In this document: piece by piece, positions 1-12,967 of the stretch | Position numbering within the stretch: position 1 is the stretch's first letter | Layout of the letters: each line of letters opens with the position of its first letter | Assembly: GCA_012295275.1 (NCBI GenBank) | Contig: CM022673.1 | Location: 24,738,001 to 24,802,000 of the forward strand | Length of the DNA: 64,000 nt | Direction of reading: 5' to 3' | DNA from: Chrysomallon squamiferum | Lineage: Eukaryota > Animalia > Mollusca | The notes under the pieces: generated by a model | Databases searched by the model: none | What the model saw: the letters and a program-made list of their open reading frames with translations, nothing else | What the model was told of the DNA's origin: nothing | Made by a program: the position numbers and the translations under genes

Positions 1-577
1 TTCTTGAGGAGGGTTGTATTTTTTTTTTCGTTTTCCTTTGTAATAAATATATGCATAGACAATTACGTTTAAATTTTTGTATGTTACAAGTTTTGTTGAA
101 TGTTTTGTTTACAAACAAACCCTGTACTTTTTATAATTAGTCTACGAGAATTTCATAAAATTGAGTTTGTATGTTGACTTTTTGTTTGATACTTGAATTT
201 TAACACTTAAATATTTTGTTTTGTTGTCAGTTCTATTCATTCACAAATCTTTATTTTTCATGTATTTATTTTACTTCTTCTTTTTTTTTTTCTTTTACTG
301 AAAATAAGAAATTTTAACTAAAAGTAAAATAACTAAAGGTTTTTTTCAGTAATAATTATATTTATAGTGTGTACATCATTAAACTTTCTAACAAATAAAT
401 GCAAAAAGTTATAGAACACTTACAATGTTGAAATTTTAACAAATAATTAAATTAGTTTGAACTGTAAGTGCAACAAATAAAAACAAAGTAAAAGTAACAG
501 AACAATAACTGAAATTACATTATATGTCAGAAAATATAGTTTAAACTATATTATATTTACATAGTGTTGTTTTTCAG

Positions 578-789
578 ATTGTGAATATGGTGACAAGGCC
601 TCTGAATCAAATTGTAATGCTCTCACGAACTACGGCAAACAGTGTGTTGATGAAAAGCTCAAAAAGCTGTGCTGCAAGACTTGTGCAAAAACTGTTATAA
701 AATCAGGCTGCAGTGAAACTCAAAACTCCTCACGTATCTGGTTGTTATTGTTTTTGTTATTGTTTGTTTTGTCATTCATTTCGATATAA
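578..789 (+). CDS. Terminal exon of an upstream gene: PLAC/ShK-like cysteine module followed by a hydrophobic GPI-signal-like C-terminus (possibly an ADAMTS-like/M12B protease)
   Basis: Acceptor ttttcag ends at 577. Phase-1 reading gives xCEYGDKASESNCNALTNYGKQCVDEKLKKLCCKTCAKTVIKSGCSETQNSSRIWLLLFLLLFVLSFISI*, with TAA at 787-789. The C..GD..C...C...CC.TC spacing resembles PLAC-type modules. The family assignment is inference. Confidence 0.7.
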
Positions 790-1067
790 CGTTGTGTAAA
801 TCCATTTTATTTTATCTTTAAAAAAAACTGGAGAAAAATATTTGTGTTCTGTCAAAAACAGTCGCAACAGGACGATACGAAACTGTTTTAAACATTGAAG
901 ATCTGAATTATTTTTTGATACAGGTTGCAAAATCAGTGCAATAATTTTTTCATTATGCTTGTATCAACTCTAAAACAATATTTTTGATGTTAAAAATGTA
1001 TTACTTAATCAGAACAAAAAATGTTTATTAGTAAAATATATCTACATTTATGCATCAGACAAATCTT

Positions 1068-1088
1068 TGTGTGTGTGTGTGTGTGTGA

Positions 1089-1139
<51 letters not shown>
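1068..1139. repeat. (TG)n microsatellite
   Basis: Interrupted tg run. Confidence 0.95.
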
Positions 1140-1142
<3 letters not shown>

Positions 1143-2702
1143 CGATGTTTCCCAATATTTTTTTTGTGCCCATGTCCCACCTCAGTCCCTCATAAATTTT
1201 GTTTGATGCCCCCCTTCAGGAGGCTGACACTACAGTTTAAACATCCTCATGCGGCAATGCAACAGCTTTAAACTAGTCCAAGCTTCTAAGGTTATGTCAG
1301 TTTAGAGTACATACAAGACCTATAATGATTTACTTGTTCTGTATGGCACAATGTCTTGGCCACTGACATTAATGGGCTCAGAACATTTCTTTCTTAATAC
1401 ATCATAATCAAATTGCCCATTTGCAGAAGGCATTGGGAAACACTGGTATAAATAAACATATGTAGATGAATATATATTAAAATATACATTGTTAATTCTT
1501 ATTCTGTACATGTTGTTAACTTTAGTGATCACTTTAAAAATGAATCGTGAATCAGGAATTTTATGGGAACATGAAATATAACATATTTTTATATTAATTT
1601 TTACATTTTTATTAATGTTATCATGTGTGTTAAAAGTATCTTATTAAATTAACAGTATACTTATTAATTCAAATCTATTTTAAACTCTTCCATATATGTT
1701 TCATTATATTTATAAAGCTATTTTCTTTTTTTAATTTTTTTTATTATTATTATTATTACATACATACATATACAAATTGCTCAACTAATAAAAAGTTATA
1801 ATCAGTTAAACTGTCTTTGTATAATTATTCATATTTGTAAGAATCACAGCTATCATACCACTCCAGATTATCATGATACTTGAAATCTGTGTTTTTCTCT
1901 GTACTAATAAAATTTATAGAAAAGTGCATAAGGAATCTGCACGCAGACCTTAATGTTACCATGCTTTCAATTGCCTGCCTGATATTCAAAACTCTCTTGG
2001 ATTAATCCTGTATTGTTATATGCATAAATTAAAAAACAAAAAACAAAAACCACTCACACACATATTATATATTTAAACAATTTACTGTTTATAATAAAAT
2101 ATTTTGCTTTACTAGATCAGAAAATTGGTATAAAATATATTTAATGCTGTATCGATATACATTTCTGATTATAAAACAAACAATCAAAAAACCCACTGTA
2201 AGCATAAACACCATCACAAAAAGTAAGGAAAAGCTGCCTGTACAAAATGCATTTGTTAATAAACTGAGGAAAAAATGAAGTTTTGTATAAAATGTGAAGT
2301 AACACATTCTGATCATTTATTTACTGAACTTCTGAGTTACTCACACCCCAAACACAACCCATATCAGCTACTCATAGCTTTCCAATTTTAATAATTTCAT
2401 TCTAATTTATTCTTTAATCCTGTAAATAAAATGTAACAAGTCTATTTCCTTTGAAAGGAAATTAAAATATTCATAAACATATTTTAAAAATATGTGGCCT
2501 ATTGGCAGTATGAATAATCATGTTGTCATATATTTTCACTTTTCTCTTTCTTTGTAAAATTTCATTTTGCAACAAAAAAAAACAACAACAAATACTTGAA
2601 TACTCTTCTAAAAGTTTGATTGGGAAAGAAAAGATTATATGCTACTATCAAACCATTTTGTAAATATTTCATTAATGAACATAAATTTAATGAATAAATG
2701 AA

Positions 2703-2753
2703 TGTTTAACACCCCAACATAAAAAAAATAGTTTGGCTATTGGGTGTCAAACA
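2703..2753. repeat. Short imperfect inverted repeat (hairpin), possibly a dispersed palindromic element
   Basis: Left arm tgtttaacacccca (2703-2716) and right arm tgggtgtcaaaca (2741-2753). Confidence 0.5.
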
Positions 2754-3716
2754 GAGATACGAAAATTATCTATGTACATAATAAGCATAAATTACATATT
2801 TGACATCATCAATGAAAATGTAAATTTCTGGGACAAAAAACATACTGTACACACATCTTCATGTTCAATTAAAAAGTCAAATCCATTTTCTTAGAATGTC
2901 AAGCTACATGATTTTTTTCATAATATTAATTAATATTTTAATCATTCAAACACCAAGAACTAAAACAAATCCATTTAAACTTTTTAAAACAAAAATGCCA
3001 AATGCATTTTACCCTCTATTTCATTTCAATGTGTTTCAGTACAACAACAAATTAATTGATTTTCCATAAAACATTTCATATTCTACAACCAGTAACATCA
3101 TCTATAAATATTTCATCAAACATTTGGCACATTTTATTAATTCAGTGTTCCTATCTGTAAACCAATCAAAATATGCAACATGATTTATATAAAAAAAAAA
3201 AAAGTCCAAAAAAAACCCCATGTTAGAGATAAAAAACATAATAATCTATGATCAACATACATACATACAGTTAAATAGATATGCCATTAGATGATTAAAA
3301 CAAAATAAAGAAAAAACATGACAAACTGAGACAACATAGGAATACCGGTGAGGTCATTTCTGGAGAAATGGGAATCAAATCACCAGACTGATTTCATGAA
3401 AGAAGGGAAATTTTCTGCATCCATACATCCTCTTAAGTTTCTTACAGTACTTTCATGCTTTATCATTAGTAAAGATTAGAGTATTGTCAAACAACGATCA
3501 TCTACAAGTATACAGTATACACTGGACTGTCCATTCACTCAGGTAGATAACCAGCTCTGCTCTGTCTCAATGGACCCCAGTTTCCTCTTAAGTAGTACAA
3601 TATATTAATATATTTGGCTGATGCTAATATGGAATTACGAGATTTTTGTTTTGATTTTCTTTTTTTTTCTTTTTTAAATTAAATTAAACAGTAAATGTAT
3701 TCAAAAATGGGAATTT

Positions 3717-6029
3717 TTATCTTGAACTTGGAGGTAAAGGAATATTTTTCTTTTCTTTGGGTTCAAGCTGTATGTCTTCATCACTATTATTATTATTATT
3801 ACGTTTCCTGCTGTTTTTCAATATTTTTACATGTTTCTCAACCTGCTTTGTAAAAATATGAGGATACTTTCCACAGGCAGAAGATGATGTAGATTCAACA
3901 TTTTTCTTCAAAAATGAAAGAAGACTGAATTCAAGATCTGCGTCAAATGGATGCTGAAAATAAAAACATAAGATTTGCTCAATTAATGAAGAATGTTGGT
4001 AACTGGATTTTTCACTAGGATTACAAAATAAAAGAAATAATCAAGGAAAACCATTCTCAGTTATTAAATAAAACAGTTTCTTTTTAAAGTTTTAACTTTT
4101 TTAATTTAAGTTGATGTGTAAAGATCAGACAACTAGGAATAAACCCAAGAGAAAAGAAAACCAAAATGCTGTTCAGTTTACATATCATATAAAACTTGTG
4201 TTGTGATGCACAATATCTGTTATTTTAAATAATTAACAATCTTTTATATAATCAAGTCTTTATCAGTCATTATATGAATGAAGCAATTAACAAAAATTTT
4301 AATATTAAAAGTTAATATTTGTCAAACATGGCTTAGTGAATATACGCGCAAGTTTCTCTTACTGATTAACAGCAAACTTTCCCATAAATCAGAAAAGCAC
4401 GTACCTTGATCTTTGATAATTGTAATTATTTAATTATCTAATCATGGAGCCTTGGATGCAATGGAATCAACAGCAGTATGAAGATTTGATCTTCCTGCCC
4501 TTCATTCTCAGGCAAGCAGTGGCTATTCAGTTAGTGTACTCACCTCTTTAAAGGCATCATACACAGCTTTGAAAGCCGGCTGTTTGTCGTTGAGGAAAAC
4601 TCGTCGACATCCATGAAGGACAAGAGCTCCTGATTTCTCTGCACTGTGACACACACTCATGTACATACAATGGTCTGGACGATAGTTCCATTCACAAGGA
4701 ACTAGATACAGCTCCTCTTCAAATTAAAAAAAAATAAAATAAAATTAAACATAGTTTTAAGAATTTTTTTATTAGTGTTTAATCAAAACAGGTTCATATA
4801 ATTTAACCAATAATTTCGTTAACACATTCAAAGAAAATATGAAATAAATCAATTTAGTCCCAGAAATACTGACTTTTTACCATTATTAGCTGTAATAATA
4901 AAAAAAAAAATATATATATATATAGCTTTTTACAATTTTACATATACTTTCCTCCAATTATTTAACTTAATTAAATAATAAAAATAACAATTAGTTTAGA
5001 CAAAAACAGGAACTATATCTGTCTAAGGTTCACATCAATTAACTGGAATTAGTTGAAATCTTACCAGGATGGTAATGGAAGTATATATTAATGAGATCTT
5101 GATCTCCCCATGTTATTTTAAGTGCATATTCTTTCTTGTAATCCATCATTGACATCAGCCATGTGGAAGCACGTAATCTTGTAAGATTCATTAACATTAC
5201 TCCAGAATTCAAACCTGTAACACAATTTACAAAAATACACTATTTATAAAATATGGTTATTAAAGTGATTATTTATTACATTCACACTAGAATTCAAACC
5301 TATAACACAATAATGTACTAGAATCAGTTTACAAAAATATACAGTTTAAAAAATATAGTTATTATTAATGTGATTATTTATTATATACACTACAGAATCC
5401 TTAACAAATTTATTTCTTGAGTTTGCAACACCTCTTGCTAATACTTCATAACAGAGTTAACTCTACGCTTGTATTATAGATGAATTTCAAAAATTCTGAA
5501 TGAAAAATTTTAAATTACAAAGCAAATATACCTTACCAACATTTTGGATCACTACACCCAGAATGAATTATTAATAAAGTAAAAGTAAATTCGTGGCTCA
5601 TAAACCAGTTCAAATACAAAAAGGGTTTTGAAGCATTTTGGATCACTACACCCAGAATGAATTATTAATCAAAGTAAAAGTAAATTCATGGCTCATAAAC
5701 CAGTTCAAATACAAAAAGGGTTTTAGACTTTAGTCCATTATTTCCTGTATTTACTTTGAGGAATTTACAGAATCACTAGCATGAGAATATACTCAAATTG
5801 TGTATGTTTGGTGTGACTGAAGCAATACATTGTGATATAGTTTTTTTCTTAACTGTAGATATTAATTAAGTCTAATATAATTTTCATCATGCTTCCAGTC
5901 CTGTATACAACTATCACTGCAAAAACAAAGAGGTTAATTCATTGTTTAAAAAAAAAAACAGTTTTTCACACCTAATTATTAATTTTAAAACAGAAATCTG
6001 ATATTCTAGAAAAAAATTTAGATAAATAT

Positions 6030-6066
<37 letters not shown>

Positions 6067-8461
6067 AATTCTTGAAAGCCTCACCTAGTTTGCCATAGTA
6101 CGGGTGTCTGGCAAACCTGTTATACCATCCTGCAGCTGCATCTTCGTGCTCTGGTGTCAGGGAAGCAAGCTGAGTGGAATTGAAATACCTGAAGTGATCC
6201 CACACCTCGTCAATAGGACTGAGAAACAAAACATCCGTGTCCACGTACAGAATAGAATCGATGTCTTGTAGCATGGACTGAAAAAAAGAAAATTAACTAC
6301 TTTTAACAAGCAGAAGATGAAGTAGTTGAAAATATCTGTCTTGCCAAGTATGCATGTGAATATCTTCTTTCTTAGAGTTATAGACACACATAAGTTGATC
6401 AATAGAGGATTTTGGTTTTCTTAGTACTATGTAACCTTGAAATAATTTTTTTATTTTTTTACATTTCTGGCATCTAATATGCTTAACATCATCTTGACAC
6501 GTACAGTAAAGACACACATAATCACACACTAACAATAAATATATACACTATGCATTAACTACACCAATGTTCTTACAGGAATAAAGAGTCTCTGAGAGGC
6601 ACAAGGTTTAAACAATGTCTTCCACTTATATCCATCTTCAGGGTATGATATATCATATATAAAATATTCAAACTGTTTTCTCACGTCATCTGGCCATAAT
6701 GTAAACTGCAAGATAAAGAGAAAAAATGGAGTTTTAAATAGTGTTACAACTTTGATAACTTTATAAGAATAAACACATCCTTTTTTTTGGATTATTTTTG
6801 CAACAAATGGAAGAAAACTTATTTACGGATTTGGCAAGCAAAATAACAACACATGGTACAGCCTACAGTTAACATTATAGATGTAATTACTGAGAATGTG
6901 GATCATTACACTACAAATATTTAAAATGTATCTCTGTTGTGAGAGCACTGGCAGTGAGCATGATGTGTCAGACGTTGCTTTTGTTCCACTAGATTCGAGT
7001 ATCACTTCAGTTGATGCTTTATCACTGGTTTATAGAATAAACAGCATAAATGCATTCCCATCTTCCAAAATAAATTTAAAAAATTCCATTCCATTAACAG
7101 ATAATCATTAAAGAAAAACATAATAATAATGAATATATTTTTAAAATAATGTAATTGTAATTTCTATCACAAATAACATGTATTTTCTATTACAAAAATA
7201 ACAATCATGTGTATTATTAAGTAACGAGTATTATATGTATATATAAATACCTGGTCTACAAAACCTGATTGTAAATGCGACTCTGCAAAAATGTGGAAAA
7301 TGAGTTTCTTTCTTGCAAAAAGAATTGCTGATTTTAGAACTACCAAAGATTCATCTTTTCTGTCAACACAGGCAACAAGTGAGAGATGTATTCCAGATAC
7401 TGACCTGTTACTTGTGCTGAAACAAAGCAGAAAGAAAATACTAATGTCCATCACATGTTTAAATTAACAATATTTTCATCAGCAAAACATATATTATTTT
7501 GAAATCATTTATTTAATTTTCTTGTTCGTTATCTGTATCATCCTTTACCATTTACATACAATGCCAAAAAATGTTACAGATAAAAATGTGTTAAATAATT
7601 CACATTTTTCTTCTTCTAGCGAATATACCATGTCATGAAATCTTTTTTTTTTTTCCTATTTTATTTTTCTTATTATTATTATTTTTTGTTTTGTTTTGTT
7701 GGATTTTTTTTTTTATTATTATTATTATTTTTATTTTTTTTTTTCCAGTGGAATGTCAGGTAGGTGTACATGGAAAAATATGTTTTTGTTTTGCACAAAG
7801 CATTTTGGGAAATGATATAGTGTATTCTTTTTTATTAATCAGTTTGTCTAGAAACTTCTACTTTTGATATTCCTCATTTATATGTATAGAGAATAGATAA
7901 CCCTAACTCTTCTCAAATTATGTTTCACAAATGCTTCAGGTTTATTTCAATGGTTGGTAAAGACAGATACTGATAGCCAGTTTATGTCATTAACTGAAGG
8001 TACCTAAATCAAAAATACAGCTATATTGTTAGAATAAACAAAAGCAATAAATTAAGTCTAAGAGTCTAAGTAGTAACTGAAGAAGTTACCCACCTGCTGA
8101 AAACTGGCAACAAATAGTTAATTACTTTATTTTCAGGTTTTTTATCATTATTTTGTTTCACCTGGTTTTTATTTTCACTACGAATGCTGCCAGTTTTATT
8201 TTCAGACGGCATTTTGTGATGATCGTTCGTCAAGGGTTCGCCCTGGTTTTTGTTTTTAGTCTTACTTTCAGCTTCATTATCTTTGTACTTTGTTTTTGGT
8301 GTGTCGTTATTATTTAACGTCTTTTCTTTTAAAATGTTGTGCTCTGCTTCAAAGCTTTCATTTTTATTTGTAGGTTCCTCATTATGTAAAACATAAAATA
8401 TAACAATTGCAACAAATACAATGAAAGTTACTCCAAACTTAAAAATCATAACTGGCCGCAT
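3717..8461 (-). CDS. GXYLT1: Glucoside xylosyltransferase (GT8 family, GXYLT1/2 or shams-like), 7 exons, about 471 aa
   Basis: Exons 8094-8461, 7251-7416, 6577-6705, 6085-6277, 5065-5214, 4544-4716, 3717-3953, all GT-AG and in frame. Type II N-terminal TM segment. Family motifs [25 protein letters not shown] (DxD), [49 protein letters not shown]. Confidence 0.93.
5205..5397. repeat. Diverged tandem duplication spanning the acceptor of GXYLT exon 5
   Basis: agaattcaaacctgtaacacaat...gtgattatttatta is repeated as agaattcaaacctataacacaat...gtgattatttatta. Confidence 0.8.
5540..5724. repeat. Tandem duplication, about 94 bp x2, in a GXYLT intron
   Basis: cattttggatcactacacccagaatgaatta...aaaagggtttt occurs twice. 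Confidence 0.92.
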
Positions 8462-9106
8462 GAAGAAAATGAATAAGCTATCGTTGAGTAAATATTTCCT
8501 TCATTAAAAGAAAACACCTAATTTTAAAAATAATAAAATGCCTGTGATAAAATCACTATCTTATTACTCCATACATATGGTTTTTTAATACAACAGGAAG
8601 TGTATGCCAAAAGCTATTTCACTCGCAAAAGAGTTTATAAATATTATCGCGTTTAATGCCAGTAGTTGTAATCTTTACAACGTACAAAATGTGACATATT
8701 GAGATGTCATCTTAAGAATAACAATATTTGTTATTATGAAACAAAACACTGAAATCCAGGCATTTGAATCGTTAAATGAAAGTCCAAATTTCTTTTTTTA
8801 TTATTACTTTTTTTTACATGAATATGTAATTTGTACTTTGATTAAACTGTTTACAAGAGTAGTTAAACTTCTTTCATTTATAACTAACTATAAGCATGTA
8901 TTCTCTGTAGTTCACTAACTGTATAACAATACATTGTGCATATTTATGTATTAATTTTATATTGTTTAACATAAGAGTTCAACATAGCCATTCAAAGGCT
9001 TATTCCGAATATCAGAAACGCTGCAACACGTATACAACGACAACTAAGTCATTTTTACTTGTTTACATTAATATTCAATGATTAAATTGAATCACCTTGC
9101 ATCACG

Positions 9107-9107
<1 letters not shown>

Positions 9108-9158
<51 letters not shown>
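9108..9158. repeat. (TA)n microsatellite
   Basis: Perfect ta run. Confidence 0.95.
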
Positions 9159-9161
<3 letters not shown>

Positions 9162-12100
9162 CGTTTTTAACATTATCTGTAGTATATGAGGTAAATTAAC
9201 CTGCTGTTGGTAATAATTATGGAATACTGAGCTAAAGACTGTAGGAATAATTCATTTATCATCATAGAACAAGTGAAAAATGAACGTGCTAATTAGAGCA
9301 AGCTACTGAGAATTACACCTGTCAGATGACTCGTAGGTAGGTCTTTCACAAGAACCAGCAGTCTTGTTTTCCACCATAAAACCGATCCCCTACTTCTCAT
9401 CAGAAGTTTACACAGTAACTGATACTAAGAAGTGGAATTCAATAAGTCATTTTATTACTTAATAACAAATACTGCTGCTTTACTATTTTCAATTATTTAT
9501 TATTACTTTTGTATTATTTTTTTTCACCTCAGATATTTATGTCTGTTAGATTCTTAAAATTAAAACAAACACAATGACTGACTAGACACATTTAATAATT
9601 ATATTCTTAAAATCTGACAATATTGTACACAGTTTAAAAAGCAGTGATAAGTAATACTAAAATAAAATGTATATAAATAATGGTAGAGATGTTAAAGAAC
9701 ACAGTGGGACAGTGTTACAGCCATGAAATTGAACAACTACAACTAGATATATACTTACTATTCACCTTTATTTATCTTTAATATATTCTTAACCTATCTG
9801 TAATGTTGATATGACATGGTAACATTTAAAACATTTTATCACAAGATACATGAATCAAAATACTCGAGTGACAGAAGATGATATCTTTGGTTCTTTAATA
9901 AAAAAAAAATTTGTCTTCCATTCAAACAATGAAACTGTTTCGAAAGATGGTTTTAATAAATATGTTAACTGTCATTTCAAGATACATTAATATATGGTAT
10001 ATATCATTTTATGTCAACTCAAATTTATGTTCATATAAAAACAGTTGCTAACTGTTACTAATGAGATATCTTTCTCTGATTCTTTTTATGGGCTGTTTGT
10101 TTTGGGTTTTTGTGGATTATAAAATGCTATCACTAGACAAAAATGCTAATTTCTTATAATCTTCATATATTTGTTATTTCTAGTATCTTGACATAGAATA
10201 AATAAAACAATAATTCAACAATTATTAAAATATGCCACAAGTATAAAAGCAAACACTTAAAAACTAACATTTGTTCTTAAAAATACTGCAAAGTATCATA
10301 TTAATGGTATTAAAATTAATAACAAAACAGATTATACAGCTACCACAAATTGTTCATTAGTAAGTATAATTATATGAACACAAAACAATATAACATTTAA
10401 AAAGTAAAACTGTAAAAAGATTATCATTTTAAGAAATAAATGTAAGATTTGGATTGACAATAAACATACATTAATATGTGTACATAGAAAAAATAAAAAC
10501 ATTTAAAATAATTCTTAAAAGTATTTTAACAAGCTTTAAATACTTAAGAACACAATAATTTACAAACAACATGGTTAAAAAGACAATATAATACACATGA
10601 AATGTTAAATAGATGTGTTAAATGATATACATTCAATACATAAAATATGAACTAACTTGAAAACTTGTATGACCATTTTTATAAATAAATGAGAAAATGT
10701 CAAATTCAAATGTATCCTAGGTAACAAAACACATGTCAAAAAAAAACTCTGACCTAAAAAAAAATGCAATTTTAAAAACTGATACCTAATGTATAACAAT
10801 TTCATTTTGTTTCTTTTTTCTTTTCTTTTTAAAGTATGAATGGGGTCCATACTGAAACATGAAGATAAAAATCTCTGACTGTTCATTAATGGTAATTTAT
10901 TCAACCATGATTTCATTACTGTCCAACACTGTACATGTACAATCATAACAAGTAAACTATATAAATACAATTTCAATAATAAAATTTAAAAATTCATTTC
11001 ACTGAATGATATACACTATGAAACAAAAATTAAAATTCCTGAACAAATGTCTAGTGTACTATATTTAGTTTTTGATTTAATGTGTCACTGATCATGATTA
11101 CATGGAGATCATTGAGATTTTTCAGTGTTACAATAAATAAATGCAAATTACTGCAATGACATTTTAAACAAACTATTCTCTACTGCAATCTACTTAGTAA
11201 TTTTCAGTGATTAAGAGACAAAATACTGACCTATTTGAATGACAACACATTAATTTATTTTTATGAAAGATATGTTCTCATTTAAATAAAAACTTCAGAA
11301 AACACACTGGTGTTACAAATATTGAATTTTTAATGACAATATGAAATGACAAATAGATATATATCAACTAAATACATGAATCTAAACCATCAATATTATT
11401 TGAGAACTTTTTCTAAATGAAATAAATCTAATTTACTGCTTTTCAGAGAGGGCTAAATTTATATTTTGATATTTACAATTAATTTCAAATATATGGTACG
11501 TGATTGCACATTTTGTTGGGATTATTGTCTATCTGAAATGGAGCTGAAGGAATTAATATTAAATTAACTACCAAAAAATAAAAAATAAGACTTAAAAATA
11601 ATGTTGCCTAAAAATAAAGTTATTTTACAAACTTAAAATAATTTAAGATAAATAAGATATCTTGGAAGCTAAATTTATGGAATGCAACTGGAAACACTAT
11701 TTATGTAATAAACCAACATTGTAAGTACATTTTATAGAACAGACATGTAAGTGATAATTACTTTTTAAAATATTTCTTTGGTTCTGAAATATGAATATAT
11801 TGTGTAATAAATATTTATCTTTCCCACCTATCTAAAAAGATGTGTGTGCATATATATATCTATGTATATACACATAGATATATATGTGTGTATATATATA
11901 TATATATAATTATTAATATTTAACAGTTCTAAAAATGAATGATTTTAATGAATATTGTAAGTAAATTAATCTTTTAAATAAAACTAAAAACTATTACTTT
12001 AGAACAAATTAACTGAACAAAACTGAAATTAATAAATGGTTTCCTTTTTAACAAAAATCTTGAAATTTTTAAAAACAGGAGTAACCGAAACTCTTTACAT

Positions 12101-12967
12101 GCCAAATGTTTTAACTGTATCTGTATTTCAACACTATACTTTTATCACTACTGTAAACAAAACAGAAAAACTAAAAAATAATTAGTGGAAAAACAAATAA
12201 ACCTCAACAAAATTTGAATCAATTTAAAAATGGTTGAGTAATGACAATAACTAACTGTAGATTCTATATTAAACTTTATCGCTTTGATTTTTTAATTTGT
12301 TTTCTTATTCAGTTAAACAAGTTTTCAATTTATTTAATTTTAGTTAAGATTTGAAATACAATAATTTACAACCAAACAATCTTAACAGTTTCAGATTTAT
12401 CTGTTTAAAAACAGAATGCTTAGATGTACTTGTATTAAAGTACCTTGAAAAAAATAACAAAAAGCTGTGCTTTCAATGAAAAAGCTAAAGCTTTGAAAAT
12501 AAACAGAGGTTAAATAAAACAACTCTTTTTTAACAAGAGATGAAAAGCCTTAACATTTTTCATGAAATATGAAGATGAGGAAATTTAACATAATGGAAAA
12601 CAGATGAGAAACATAATAACAAACCATTTCGTCGAGGTTATTAAGTCCAAAACAAAAGTCTTTGTTCACAAAACTGTCACGTAAGTTACCCAGTGTCAAT
12701 TTTGAGCTCACACGAAAATGTAAGACATGAAAAACAAATTCTAATATCAATCATTTGGATGAATGAAAATTATGAGTTAATTAATAATGGTAGTTAAAGA
12801 GAAAAAAAAGAATTAAAAAAATGAAGCACAAGTACGGTAGTGTTATATAAGCTGAAAGGTCCAAATATCAAAATATCAGTACCTCAATAAATACATATGC
12901 AATATACAGCAGCAGCAGTACATTTAAGTTGATATCAGTGATAAAATGACTACCGACTACTCCTACA

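Noticed and set aside
1143-1250. GC-richer patch resembling a degenerate hAT MITE
   Set aside because: No convincing TIR pair or TSD.
9590-12900. Short ORFs in the long AT-rich stretch between GXYLT and NFYA
   Set aside because: Low-complexity F/I/L/K-rich translations with no motifs or exon structure. The same applies to most intronic ORFs in the track.
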